From the NCBI GenBank assembly GCA_046292385.1, contig JBKBRF010000003.1, positions 32,001 through 96,000 on the forward strand: a stretch of 64,000 bases of DNA, written 5' to 3'. The translations under genes and the position numbers were made by a program. The DNA is from Armatimonadota bacterium (GTDB lineage Bacteria; Armatimonadota; SYMT01). Shown one piece after another: positions 26,963-38,896 of this stretch; the first letter of the stretch is position 1, and each line of letters begins with the position of its first letter. The notes beneath the pieces were generated by a model. It did no database searches. It saw nothing but the letters and a program-made list of their open reading frames with translations, and was not told the origin of the DNA.

Positions 26963-27182
26963 CCGGTTGCTCCGGGTCCGTTCCGGGCCGTTTCAGCCCC
27001 TTCTCCAGTCGAGACAGCAGATCGTCGAGGTCCCGCTGCACGTCCGGCGGCACCTCCCGGCGGGCCGGGGCCGGGCGCCGCGGCGGCGCGCTGCTGCCCA
27101 GCTCTCGCCGCAGGAGCTCGCCGAACTCGTCCGGCGTCACCTCCGGCCCCTCGGGATTCTCTGGTTCTGCCACGAGAACCAT
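26952..27182 (-). CDS. small hypothetical protein
   Basis: PDEFGELLRREL...DLDDLLSRLEKGL; overlaps the downstream start. Confidence 0.45.
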   Translation of the reverse strand: MVLVAEPENPEGPEVTPDEFGELLRRELGSSAPPRRPAPARREVPPDVQRDLDDLLSRLEKGLKRPGTDPEQPDER

Positions 27183-27288
27183 TCTACCGAACGTCGCCAC
27201 GCTCCGCCGTCCGGCTGCGTGCCCCCGGAGTGCCGTCGGGAGATATAAGCCGGGAAGTGTTGGGCGAAGATCGAGGGGGAGGGATGAG

Positions 27289-27492
27289 ATGCCGTACGTG
27301 AACGTGAAGATCACCCGGGACGGGGTGACGGCGGAGCAGAAGGCGCAGATCGTGGCGGAGATCACGCAGACGCTGCAGCGGGTGCTCGGGAAGCGACCGG
27401 AGCATACCCACGTCGTGATCGACGAGGTGGACCCGGAGAACTGGGGCTACGCGGGGATGCTCACGACGGAGTACCGCAAGCAGCAGGGCTGA
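27289..27492 (+). CDS. 4-oxalocrotonate tautomerase family protein
   Basis: N-terminal MPYVNVKI (catalytic Pro1), EQKAQIV, VVIDEV..ENWG. Confidence 0.92.
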   Translation: MPYVNVKITRDGVTAEQKAQIVAEITQTLQRVLGKRPEHTHVVIDEVDPENWGYAGMLTTEYRKQQG

Positions 27493-27561
27493 TCGCGTCC
27501 CCGCGGGACGTAGGACTCTCTCCCGGGCCGGGAGAAGTGGCGACCGGAGGAAGCGGTCGCC

Positions 27562-29559
27562 ATGCAGGAGAGACCCGGTTCGGAGCAGGGCTACGCGGTG
27601 GGGCTGCGGAGCTGGATCGACGCGACGGCGCGGCGGCTGCGCGCGGGGCAGAATCCGCCCGCCACCCGCGCGGAGGCGCTCCGCCTCGCCTCTCGGGTGC
27701 GGGAGCAGATGCGCCGCGCGGAGGGGGAGTGGCCGCGGGAGAAGGCGCCGCTGCGGCCGGAGCTCCTCGGCACGCTGGAGCGGAACGGCTATCGCATCGA
27801 GAAGCTGATCTTCCAGACGCGTCCCGGCTGCTGCGCGACCGCGCACGCCTACGTGCCGGCGGGGCGCGGCCCCTTCCCCGCCGTGCTCTGCGTCCACGGC
27901 CACTGGCAGGGCGCGCGGCGCGACCCCACGCCGCAGGCCCGGTGCATTGGGCTGGCGAAACTCGGCTTTTTCGTGCTCACGCTCGACGCCTGGGGCGCCG
28001 GGGAGCGCGGCACCGAGCCCGGCGTGAACGAGTACCACGGCGGCCTCCTCGGCGCCAGCCTCTGGCCGGTCAGCACGCCGCTCCACGGGCTGCAGCTCTA
28101 CGACAACGTTCGCGCGCTCGACTACCTGGAGTCGCGTCCGGAGGTCGACCGGCGCCGGATTGGCTGCACCGGCGCCAGCGGCGGCGGGAACCAGACGACC
28201 TACCTGAGCGCGTTCGACCCGCGAGTCCGCTGCGCCGTGCCGGTCTGCAGCGTCGGCACCTTTGAGAGCTACCTGCGTGCCGCCTGCTGCGTGGACGAAG
28301 TGCTCCGCGGCGGCCTCACCTTCGCGGAAGAGGGCGACCTGCTGGGGATGGTGGCCCCCCGCGCGCTGATGGTGATCACCGCCAGCAAAGACGTCTACCA
28401 CTTCGGCCCGGAGGCGGCCCGTACGGCGCTGGACCGCGCGCGGCCCGCGTTTGCGGCGCACGAGGCGTCCGACCGGGTGCGGCACGTGGTAGTCGACTCC
28501 GGTCACGACTACAACCAGCCGATGCGGGAAGCGATGTACGGCTGGATGAAGCGGTGGCTGGCGGACGAGGGAGACGGCTCCCCGGTGCCGGAGCCGCCGG
28601 TGCAGCCGGAAGATCCGGAGACGCTCCGCTGCTTCCCGCCCTCCGCCCGTCCGGAGCGGGTGATGACGACGGTCCGCTTCGTCCGCCAGCGCGCGGAGGC
28701 GCTCGCCGCCGCGGTGCCGCAGCCGAAGCGCGCCGCCGACTGGCCCCGCGAGCGCGACCGCCGCTTGACGCGCCTGCGGGAGATCCTGGCGCTGCCGGGG
28801 CCGAAGGAGTCCGAGTGGAGCCGCGATGGCCGCGCCCTGCTCGCGGAGCCGGGTCTCCCGATCCCCGTGGAGCGCCGGGCGGGGCGGGCGGGGACGGTGC
28901 TGCTGCTGCACCCGGGCGGGCGCGCCAGGGCGGTGGTGAGCGAGCTGGCGAAAGCGGTGGCGGGCGGCGGCGCGGCGCTGGCGGTGCCGGAGCTGCGCGG
29001 CTGCGGCGAGTTGACGCTCCCCGGCCAGGCGCTGGGAGAGGCGATCCCGGACCACAACCTGGTGGAGTGGTCGCTCTGGATCGGCCGCCCGCTGCTCGGG
29101 CAGTGGGTCCACGATACGCTCCAGCTCGCGCGGCGGCTGCGGGGAGAGAGCCCGCAGGGGCGGCTGGCGCTGGTCGGCTGGGGAGAAGCGGGGCTGGCGG
29201 CGCTCCTGGCGGCGGCGCTCGACCCGGAGATCGCCGGGGTGGCAGCGATCGAGGCGCCGGCTACGTACGTCACCGACCGGCCGCCCCATGCAGTGCGGAT
29301 GGTCGCCTTCCAGCCGGACCTGCTGCAGGTCGGCGACATCCCCCACCTGGCGGCGCTCGCCGCGCCGCGGCCGGTGCTGCTGGCGAACCCGATGCGGCTC
29401 TACGGCGCCCCCGTGATGCCGGCAGAGCTGGAGAGTCTCTTCGCCTGGCCGCGGGAGCTGTGGGGAAAGCTCGGAGCGGCGGACCGCTTCACCGCGAAGA
29501 CCGGGCTCGGAAGCGAGGCTCTCGCGCGACAGGTCGCCGGCTGGCTCAGGGTAGAATGA
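27562..29559 (+). CDS. two-domain alpha/beta hydrolase (acetylxylan esterase / dienelactone hydrolase-like)
   Basis: PAVLCVHGH, GASGGG nucleophile elbow, GHDYN; second degenerate hydrolase domain. Confidence 0.85.
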   Translation: MQERPGSEQGYAVGLRSWIDATARRLRAGQNPPATRAEALRLASRVREQMRRAEGEWPREKAPLRPELLGTLERNGYRIEKLIFQTRPGCCATAHAYVPAGRGPFPAVLCVHGHWQGARRDPTPQARCIGLAKLGFFVLTLDAWGAGERGTEPGVNEYHGGLLGASLWPVSTPLHGLQLYDNVRALDYLESRPEVDRRRIGCTGASGGGNQTTYLSAFDPRVRCAVPVCSVGTFESYLRAACCVDEVLRGGLTFAEEGDLLGMVAPRALMVITASKDVYHFGPEAARTALDRARPAFAAHEASDRVRHVVVDSGHDYNQPMREAMYGWMKRWLADEGDGSPVPEPPVQPEDPETLRCFPPSARPERVMTTVRFVRQRAEALAAAVPQPKRAADWPRERDRRLTRLREILALPGPKESEWSRDGRALLAEPGLPIPVERRAGRAGTVLLLHPGGRARAVVSELAKAVAGGGAALAVPELRGCGELTLPGQALGEAIPDHNLVEWSLWIGRPLLGQWVHDTLQLARRLRGESPQGRLALVGWGEAGLAALLAAALDPEIAGVAAIEAPATYVTDRPPHAVRMVAFQPDLLQVGDIPHLAALAAPRPVLLANPMRLYGAPVMPAELESLFAWPRELWGKLGAADRFTAKTGLGSEALARQVAGWLRVE

Positions 29560-29722
29560 GAGACTGCCCAGAGAGATCTGATTGGCTGCATCCGGCTGCG
29601 AGACGACCATGCGTCGTCCGGAGGGGCGGGGCGACCATGCTTCGAGGTCGCCCCGCCCCTCCCTCCTAGCCTGCTCGCCTCTCGCTCGGCTTCGCCCTAA
29701 CCAGATCTCTCCGGACAGCCTC
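29560..29722. mobile_element. MITE-like element with 26-bp imperfect terminal inverted repeats
   Basis: GAGACTGCCCAGAGAGATCTGATTGG ... CTAACCAGATCTCTCCGGACAGCCTC; internal hairpin at about 29621-29661. Confidence 0.55.
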
Positions 29723-29765
29723 CAAGCGACACCTCTTCCCATCGCACCTGTCGGGCCGCCCACGC

Positions 29766-30509
29766 ATGCTGACGATCGAGAACCTGTTCAAGTCGTACGG
29801 CGGGGGCGTGCCGGCGGTGCGGGACGTCAGCTTCCGGGTGGAAGGCGGCGAGATCCTGGGGCTGCTCGGCCCGAACGGGGCGGGGAAGACGACCACCCTG
29901 CGGTGCGTCGCCACGATCCTGCGGCCGGACCACGGCCGGATCACGATCGCCGGGCACGACCTGGCGGCGGAGCCGGAGGCGGCGAAGCGGGAGCTGGCGT
30001 TCATCCCGGAGCTGCCGCACCCGTACGAGATGCTGACGGTGCTGGAGCACCTTCGCTTCGTCGCCGCGGCGTTCGACGCAGAGGAGTGCCTGGAAGACGC
30101 CGAGCCGCTGCTGCGGCGCCTCGATCTCTGGGAGAAGCGGTTCGACCTCGCCGCCTCCCTCTCCAAGGGGATGCGCCAGAAGCTCGCCTGCGCGTGCGCC
30201 TTCATTCACCGCCCGAAGGTCTACCTCTTCGACGAGCCGCTGATCGGCATCGACCCGAAGGGCGCGCGGGAGCTGAAGAACCTGCTGCTGGAGCGGCGGG
30301 CCGCTGGCGACGCGGTCCTCGTCTCCACGCACCAGCTCGACACGGCGGAGCGGCTCTGCGACCGCGTGGTGATCATGCACCGGGGGCAGGTGCTGGCGGA
30401 GGGCACCCTGGCGGAGCTGCACGCGCGCGCCTCTCTGGGGGCCGGGGCGACGCTGGAAGACGTCTTCCTCCACCTCACCGAAGAGAGCGGCGAGGCGGAG
30501 CAGCCCTGA
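29766..30509 (+). CDS. ABC transporter ATP-binding protein
   Basis: GPNGAGKTT, LSKGMRQK, FDEP, STH. Confidence 0.95.
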   Translation: MLTIENLFKSYGGGVPAVRDVSFRVEGGEILGLLGPNGAGKTTTLRCVATILRPDHGRITIAGHDLAAEPEAAKRELAFIPELPHPYEMLTVLEHLRFVAAAFDAEECLEDAEPLLRRLDLWEKRFDLAASLSKGMRQKLACACAFIHRPKVYLFDEPLIGIDPKGARELKNLLLERRAAGDAVLVSTHQLDTAERLCDRVVIMHRGQVLAEGTLAELHARASLGAGATLEDVFLHLTEESGEAEQP

Positions 30510-32134
30510 TGCGCCCGCTCGCGCTGCTGGCGCTCTGGCAGTTGAAGAACGCGCTGCGCGCGGCGCTCACCGATCCGCGCCGCCTGATCCCGCTGCTGCT
30601 GATCACCTTCGGCATCCTCTCGCAGATCGGCGGGATGTTCCTCGTCACGCTGGTCCGTCCCCCGCGCAACGCCGCGGCGGAGGCGTGGGTGGCGCAGAAC
30701 ATGGACGCGATCTCCGCCGGCCTCTTCTTCATCCTCGTCTTCGCGGCGATCGGGGTGCTGGAAGACGGCCTGAGCGGCGGCTTTCTGGCGTTCTCCCTGG
30801 CAGACATCGACTATCTCTTCCCCGCCCCGATCCCGCCGAAGCTGGTGCTCGCCTACCGGCTGGCGGCGAAGACCGGCGCCGCGTTCTTCCAGGCGGCGTT
30901 CAGTCTCTTCGTGCTGATCTGGCTCACCACCAGCGGCCTCGGGTCGTACGGAGCCGGGTTCGCGGCGATCTTCCTCTCCATCGCGGCGCTCTTCCTCTGC
31001 TTCGCGGGCTACATCAACGTCGCGCTCTTGATGAAGCTGGTGCTCGGCTTCGGCCGTCGGAACACGATCCGCCGGTGGGTCTTCGTGGGGCTGGTCGTCA
31101 TGGCCGCGCTGCTGATCCTGCACTACCGGGAGCACGGGTGGGGCGGTCTGGCGGCGCTCGGGCGGAGCCCGGTCTGGCTGGTGCTCTTCTTCCCGTGCCG
31201 GCTGGCGACGGACGTGCTGCTCGCGCCGCTGCAGGGGCAGCTCGCGGCCGGGTCGGCCGCCTGGCTGGCGCTCTTCTACCTCGTGTCGCTCGGGCTCGTC
31301 TTCAGCCGGAGCGAGCCGTTTTACGAGGCCTCGCTGGAGGGAAGCCAGACCGCCGCCCGCATGCTGCAGGCGGCGCGGGAAGGGAACTGGTCGAGCTTCT
31401 TCGCGCTCGGCACCCGGCGCGGACCGCGGGGCGGCTCCAGCCGCCGCCCCTACGCCTTCCCCCGTTTCGGCCGCGGAGCCGGGGCGCTGCTCTGGGCGCA
31501 CCTGGCGGCGGCGGCGAAGCGCCCGTGGGTCAACTTCATCCTGCCGCTGGCGGGCGGGATCGTCCTGGCGCTAATCGCTCACCGGCTGACGCCGCAGTAC
31601 GCGGGGCTGGTGGTCGGCGCCGGCTCCGCCTACCTCACGCTGGTGACCGCCGCGGGCGGGGTGATCGGCTTCCGCCAGGGTCTGGCGCGCTACGAGCTGG
31701 TGCGGCCGCTCCCGTTCCACGCCCGGCAGGTGGTGCTGGCGGAGGTGGTGCCGCGGACGCTGATCAGCAGCCTCTTCGGCTGGGGCGCGGGGCTCGGGAT
31801 CCTGCTGGTCCGCGCCAGCGACGCGGCGCAGGCGGCGCCGTTCCTCTTCCTCTGCCTGCCGATGCTGCTCCTCTGGCTCAGCCTGGTACAGCTCCTCTGC
31901 GCCCTCTGGTACCCGGACCCGGGCGACCGCCTGCAGCAGGCGCTCTCCGGCCTGATCGGCATCACCCTCACCGGCGCCTGCGTGCTGTTCCTGGTGCCCT
32001 GGGCCGCCTTCCCGCTCGTCTTCGGCGCGCCGGTCTGGCTGGCGATCGGGATCTTTACGGTCCCCGCCGCCGCCGGCGCGGCGCTGCTGGTGCACCTGGT
32101 CGCCGGCGTCTACACGCGCTTCCAGCTCCGCTGA
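30509..32134 (+). CDS. ABC exporter permease
   Basis: TGATG coupling to the ATPase; about 12 TM helices; ADIDYLFPAP motif. Confidence 0.85.
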   Translation: MRPLALLALWQLKNALRAALTDPRRLIPLLLITFGILSQIGGMFLVTLVRPPRNAAAEAWVAQNMDAISAGLFFILVFAAIGVLEDGLSGGFLAFSLADIDYLFPAPIPPKLVLAYRLAAKTGAAFFQAAFSLFVLIWLTTSGLGSYGAGFAAIFLSIAALFLCFAGYINVALLMKLVLGFGRRNTIRRWVFVGLVVMAALLILHYREHGWGGLAALGRSPVWLVLFFPCRLATDVLLAPLQGQLAAGSAAWLALFYLVSLGLVFSRSEPFYEASLEGSQTAARMLQAAREGNWSSFFALGTRRGPRGGSSRRPYAFPRFGRGAGALLWAHLAAAAKRPWVNFILPLAGGIVLALIAHRLTPQYAGLVVGAGSAYLTLVTAAGGVIGFRQGLARYELVRPLPFHARQVVLAEVVPRTLISSLFGWGAGLGILLVRASDAAQAAPFLFLCLPMLLLWLSLVQLLCALWYPDPGDRLQQALSGLIGITLTGACVLFLVPWAAFPLVFGAPVWLAIGIFTVPAAAGAALLVHLVAGVYTRFQLR

Positions 32135-32242
32135 GACTCGTCCGGCCGGGGTCGCAACTCTGGGATCGTTTTCGGGGTCGAACTGTAAGGCGGGACGCTC
32201 GATGTCGTCCGGTGAGCACGCCCGCAGGGAGACGCCTCGACG

Positions 32243-32755
32243 ATGCGGTGGGCCGGATGGAAAGTCGCAGCGGGTCTGGCGGTCTGCCTCGCGGTGCTGG
32301 CAGCCGGCGGGTGCGATCCCGCCCCGACGCCCGGAGATCCCGAGCTCGGGCCTGACTTCACGGTCGGAGGCGGAGACTACCGGAACGCCGAGCGCTCCGG
32401 CGGGCTGAAGCTCTACCTGCATCCCGCCATCACCCGCTCGGGCTACCTCAACCTGACCGTGGTGGTGCGGAACGAGGGGCCGATGCCCGAGCGCGTGCTG
32501 CCGATCGACCCGGACTGGTACCAGCCGGAGCTCCTGCTCCGGAACGGCGCGGTCGTTCCGGCCTATACCCTTCGCCTGGGCTGCCGCGCGGCGATTCCCG
32601 AAAAGGAGATGCCGCTGATCTGGCCCAACAACTCGCTCCGGGCGAGCTACCGGATCGACCCCTCCGGCGAAGGCTACGCCCTCGACGACGTAATCAAGTG
32701 CCGGATACGCGGCGGTCAACGCCAGTCGTCGTGGGCTGCGGTCGCTCGGCTCTGA
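32243..32755 (+). CDS. hypothetical lipoprotein
   Basis: Signal peptide ending LAAGGC. Confidence 0.7.
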   Translation: MRWAGWKVAAGLAVCLAVLAAGGCDPAPTPGDPELGPDFTVGGGDYRNAERSGGLKLYLHPAITRSGYLNLTVVVRNEGPMPERVLPIDPDWYQPELLLRNGAVVPAYTLRLGCRAAIPEKEMPLIWPNNSLRASYRIDPSGEGYALDDVIKCRIRGGQRQSSWAAVARL

Positions 32756-32996
32756 TCAGCGCCGAGGGTTGGCGCGCGCACGTTGATCGGAGCAGGCCTG
32801 ACGGAGGAGAGTGCGGCCCGGAGACGAGGCCGCGCGAGCGCGTCACTCCGGTAGCTCCGACACGTGCGACCTCCACACGGTCTGCTCCACCGTTCCGGTG
32901 TCGAGCACCTCGAGACGCGGACGGCGCACCTCGGTGATTGCGGAGTGACGTGCTTGCACGGCCCTTCTCTCGCGGTGAAGTTGCTCTCGCCAGGCA

Positions 32997-33032
32997 CTTT
33001 GTGGCCGCACGGATGCGTGTGCGGCCACAAAG
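32997..33032 (-). terminator. stem-loop / probable terminator after the esterase gene
   Basis: CTTTGTGGCCGCAC-loop-GTGCGGCCACAAAG. Confidence 0.7.
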
Positions 33033-33038
33033 CTCTCA

Positions 33039-35087
<2,049 letters not shown>

Positions 35088-36164
35088 TTACCGGGGTTGG
35101 CCGGGCGGCATGCAGGTGGCGCCCTCCAGGAGCACCTCCGGGACCGCTCTGGAGGGCAGCGTCTGGTTGGGGTTCTCGATCTTCTCCAGAAGCATCGACA
35201 CGGCTCCCTCGCCCACCTGCTGCATCATGTTGCTGACCGTATGAATCGGGAGGAAGCAGCGCTCGTCGACGTGGCTGTGGAAGTGGATGAGCGAGAGCTC
35301 CTCCGGAATCCGGAGCCCGAGGAGCAGCGAGGCCCGCACCACGGCCATCGATTCGGTGAGCTCGTACGCCACCACGGCCGTGGGGCGATCGCGGGTGTTC
35401 AGCAGCCGCACGGCGGCCTCCACGCGCTGATCCGCGTGCGTCCCGCCCGGGGAGCGCCAGTCGATGGGGAGGCGATGCACCCAGGGAGCTCTGCCCGCCG
35501 ACCGCATTGCCCGCTCGTAGCCGGCGCGACGGTCCCGCTCGCTGTAGTGGGGGATGCTCCGCTCTTCGGTCTCGACGTAGGCGATGCGCTCGTGGCCCAG
35601 GCGGAGCAAAGCTTCGGCGGCCAGCTCGCCTCCCCGCAGGTCGTCCGGGTAGATGCAGTCGACGTCCTGCTTCGAGTTGAGAAAGATCGCCGGAATGCGG
35701 AGCCGGCGGATGTGCGCGAGAAACGGCGGCGGCCGATCTCCGTGCCGGTTGATGAACACGCCGTCCACCGAGAGCGCGCGCATCGTGTGCGCCAGGTACG
35801 ACTCGCCGCTGTCGTCCACGTTGGCAACCTGCGTCAGCACGAGCTGGAGGTCCTGCGCCGCCATCGCCGTGGTCAGCCCATTGAGCAGCTCCGCAGGGAG
35901 GTAGCGTCCGAGCTGCGACTGGACCAGCGCCACGCTTCCGAAGCGGCCCGCCCGGATCGCCCGCGCGGAGGCGTTGGCGCGGTAGCCAAGCTCCTGGGCG
36001 GCTTGCAGTACCCGCTGCCGGGTTTCCGGCCGGATGCGCTGTTCCGCTGCCCGCCCGTTCAGGACGTGCGTGACGGTCGAGCGCGACAGCCCGGTGTGGG
36101 CGGCGATCGTCGCGATCGTCGGAGGGCCGGTGTGCGATTCGGCGCCCTTCGTGGCTGGTGCCAT
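35088..36164 (-). CDS. LacI family transcriptional regulator
   Basis: TIATIAAHTGLSRSTVTHVLNG...AQELGYRAN; GLRIPEELSL. Confidence 0.92.
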   Translation of the reverse strand: MAPATKGAESHTGPPTIATIAAHTGLSRSTVTHVLNGRAAEQRIRPETRQRVLQAAQELGYRANASARAIRAGRFGSVALVQSQLGRYLPAELLNGLTTAMAAQDLQLVLTQVANVDDSGESYLAHTMRALSVDGVFINRHGDRPPPFLAHIRRLRIPAIFLNSKQDVDCIYPDDLRGGELAAEALLRLGHERIAYVETEERSIPHYSERDRRAGYERAMRSAGRAPWVHRLPIDWRSPGGTHADQRVEAAVRLLNTRDRPTAVVAYELTESMAVVRASLLLGLRIPEELSLIHFHSHVDERCFLPIHTVSNMMQQVGEGAVSMLLEKIENPNQTLPSRAVPEVLLEGATCMPPGQPR

Positions 36165-36471
36165 CGGACTAGCTGGCGAGACGCTGGTTGCTATTTCGTG
36201 ATAGCATCAGGATAACACCTTGCAGGCGCCGCGTCACAGAGCGCTTCAACGCAGTCGGGCCGGCATGTCCCTGCGTATCCGGACGCGCGCAGAACGTCTC
36301 CGGCGGGGAGAGTCTAGTGGTGTGTCCAGGTACTTCTGATCTGTTGGAGTGGGAGCAAGGGAGAGTGGGGGAGTGGGAGAGCCGCTCCCGTAAGCAGCTT
36401 CTCAAGCTCGCCCTCTCGCCCACTCCCCCTTGCCAAAGCCACCTATCAATCCCGGTCTGACGGAGTACTAG

Positions 36472-38841
36472 ATGCGGATCTCGAGGAGAGCGACCCTGAT
36501 CGCGGCCGGCGCCGCGACGCTTGCCGACTGGCCCGCCGCGGAAGCCCAGGTCCGACGCGAGCCGGACGAGACGCTGTGGTACCGGCGTCCGGCGCGGCGG
36601 TGGCTGGAAGCGCTGCCGGTGGGGAACGGCCGGATCGCCGCGATGGTGTTCGGCGGGGTGCAGCAGGAGCGGCTGCAGCTGAACGAGGGGACCCTCTGGG
36701 CGGGCGGGCCGCACGACTACACGCACCCGGACGCCGCGGAGGCGCTCCCGGAGATCCGGCGGCTGGTCTTCGCGGGCGAGTGGCGGAAGGCCCAGGAGCT
36801 GGTCGCGGAGCGGTTCATGAGCGTGCCGCTGCGGCAGATGCCGTACCAAACCGTGGGATCCCTGGTCCTGGACCTAGCGGGGCTGCCGGGCGAGGCTGAA
36901 GCGCGGGGCTACCGGCGGCAGCTGGACCTCGACTCGGCGGTCACGTCGTGCGACTTCGAGGCGGGCGGCGTCCGCTACCGGCGGGAGGTCTTCGCCAGCG
37001 CGCCGGACCAGGTGCTCGTGATGCGGCTGACGGCGGACAAGCCCGGCAGCATCTCGTTCAACGCGCGCTATGAAACCCCGCAGCGGTCGGTCCAGAAGCG
37101 CTGCGACGGGAGCCGCCTGATCCTGAGCGGAATCGGCGGCGGCTCGCAGGGGATTGCGGGCGCGGTGCGCTTCCACGCCGTCGCGCAGTTTCTCCCCGAG
37201 GGCGGGACGGTCGACGCGTCCGATCCGGAGACCCTCCGCGTTTCCGGCGCAAATGCCGTGACCGTGCTCATCTCGATCGCCACGAGCTATCGCAGCTATG
37301 AGGACGTGAGCGCGGACGCCGCGGCCCGGGCGGAGGAGGCTCTGAAGGCGGCCTCGCGCAAGCCGTATTCCCGCCTGCGACGCGCCCACGTTGACGACTA
37401 CCGGAAGCTCTACCGCCGCGTCTCCCTGCAGTTCTCTTCGGGGAGCCCGGACGCCGACGCGGAAGCCGCCGGCAAGCCGACCGACGAGCGCGTGGCCGCC
37501 TACCGGAACGGTAAGGACCCGCGTCTCGCCGCGCTCCACTTTCAGTTCGGGCGCTACCTGCTCATCTCGTGCTCCCGGCCGGGCGGGCAGCCGGCCACCC
37601 TGCAGGGGCTCTGGAACGACAGCCTGACCCCGCCCTGGGACAGCAAATACACCATCAACATCAACACCGAGATGAACTACTGGCCCGCCGCGCCGGGCAA
37701 CCTGGCGGAGTGCTACGCGCCGCTCTTCGAGATGGTCCGCGAGCTCTCGGTCTCCGGCCAGCGCACCGCCCGGGAGCACTACGGCGCCCGCGGCTGGGTA
37801 TGCCACCACAATACGGACGGCTGGCGCGGCTGCGCGCCGATCGACGGCCCGTTCTGGGGCATGTGGCAAACGGGCGGGGCCTGGCTGGCGCTGGGCGGCT
37901 GGGACCACTACGAGTTCACGCGGGACCGGGCGGAGCTGGCGCGCAACTACCCCGCGATGAAGGGCGCCGCGGAGTTCTTCCTCGACTCGCTGGTGGAGGA
38001 GCCGAAGCGCGGGTGGCTGGTCACCTGCCCCTCCAACTCTCCGGAGAACGCGCACCACCCGGGAGTCAGTATTTGCGCCGGTCCGACGATGGATATGCAG
38101 ATCCTCCGCGACCTGTTCGGGGCGGTCGCCCGGGCGTCGGAGGTGCTGGGAGTCGATCGGGAGCTGCGCGAGCGGGTGACGGCCGCCCGCGAGCGGCTCG
38201 CGCCGATGCAGATCGGGAAGCAGGGACAGCTCCAGGAGTGGCTGGAGGATTGGGACGCCGCCGCGCCGGAGCGGGAGCACCGGCACGTCTCGCATCTTTA
38301 CGGCCTCCATCCGAGCAGCCAGATCACGCGGCGGGCTACGCCGGAGCTCTTCGCCGCGGCGCGCAAGTCGCTGGAGATGCGGGGCGACGTGGGGACCGGC
38401 TGGAGCCTGGCGTGGAAGATCAACCTCTGGGCCCGGCTGGAGGACGGCGAGCGGGCCCACAAGCTGCATGCCGACCTCCTCACGCCGGAGCGCACGGCGC
38501 CGAACCTGTTCGACCTCCACCCGCCGTTCCAGATCGACGGCAACTTCGGCGCCACCTCTGGGGTCGCCGAAATGCTGCTGCAGAGCCATGCGGGGGAGCT
38601 CCATCTCCTCCCCGCCCTCCCCTCTGCCTGGCCCAGCGGCTCCATCCAGGGGCTCTGCGCCCGCGGCGGGTTCGTGGTCGACCTGGCGTGGCGCGGCGGA
38701 GAGCTGGAGCAGGCGCTGATCCTGTCGCGAGCGGGGGAGCGCTGCGAAGTACGGTTGGGAGAGCAGACCGCGCGGTTCGAGACGAAGCGCGGAAAGCGGT
38801 ATCGACTCGGTCCTGACCTCCTCGTCAAGCCGGCCTCGTGA
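36472..38841 (+). CDS. GH95 alpha-L-fucosidase/alpha-L-galactosidase (Tat signal)
   Basis: ALPVGNG, FGRYLLIS, KYTININTEMNYW, HRHVSHL, PPFQIDGNFG. Confidence 0.95.
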   Translation: MRISRRATLIAAGAATLADWPAAEAQVRREPDETLWYRRPARRWLEALPVGNGRIAAMVFGGVQQERLQLNEGTLWAGGPHDYTHPDAAEALPEIRRLVFAGEWRKAQELVAERFMSVPLRQMPYQTVGSLVLDLAGLPGEAEARGYRRQLDLDSAVTSCDFEAGGVRYRREVFASAPDQVLVMRLTADKPGSISFNARYETPQRSVQKRCDGSRLILSGIGGGSQGIAGAVRFHAVAQFLPEGGTVDASDPETLRVSGANAVTVLISIATSYRSYEDVSADAAARAEEALKAASRKPYSRLRRAHVDDYRKLYRRVSLQFSSGSPDADAEAAGKPTDERVAAYRNGKDPRLAALHFQFGRYLLISCSRPGGQPATLQGLWNDSLTPPWDSKYTININTEMNYWPAAPGNLAECYAPLFEMVRELSVSGQRTAREHYGARGWVCHHNTDGWRGCAPIDGPFWGMWQTGGAWLALGGWDHYEFTRDRAELARNYPAMKGAAEFFLDSLVEEPKRGWLVTCPSNSPENAHHPGVSICAGPTMDMQILRDLFGAVARASEVLGVDRELRERVTAARERLAPMQIGKQGQLQEWLEDWDAAAPEREHRHVSHLYGLHPSSQITRRATPELFAAARKSLEMRGDVGTGWSLAWKINLWARLEDGERAHKLHADLLTPERTAPNLFDLHPPFQIDGNFGATSGVAEMLLQSHAGELHLLPALPSAWPSGSIQGLCARGGFVVDLAWRGGELEQALILSRAGERCEVRLGEQTARFETKRGKRYRLGPDLLVKPAS

Positions 38842-38896
38842 GCGGCGGGTCCGCCGCACCCTCTTTTCTTCTTCCTGGCCCCACGGAGTGCTCAAC

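Noticed and set aside
32760..32990. Protein-like minus-strand stretch between convergent genes
   Set aside because: No credible start or RBS; at best an unidentifiable remnant
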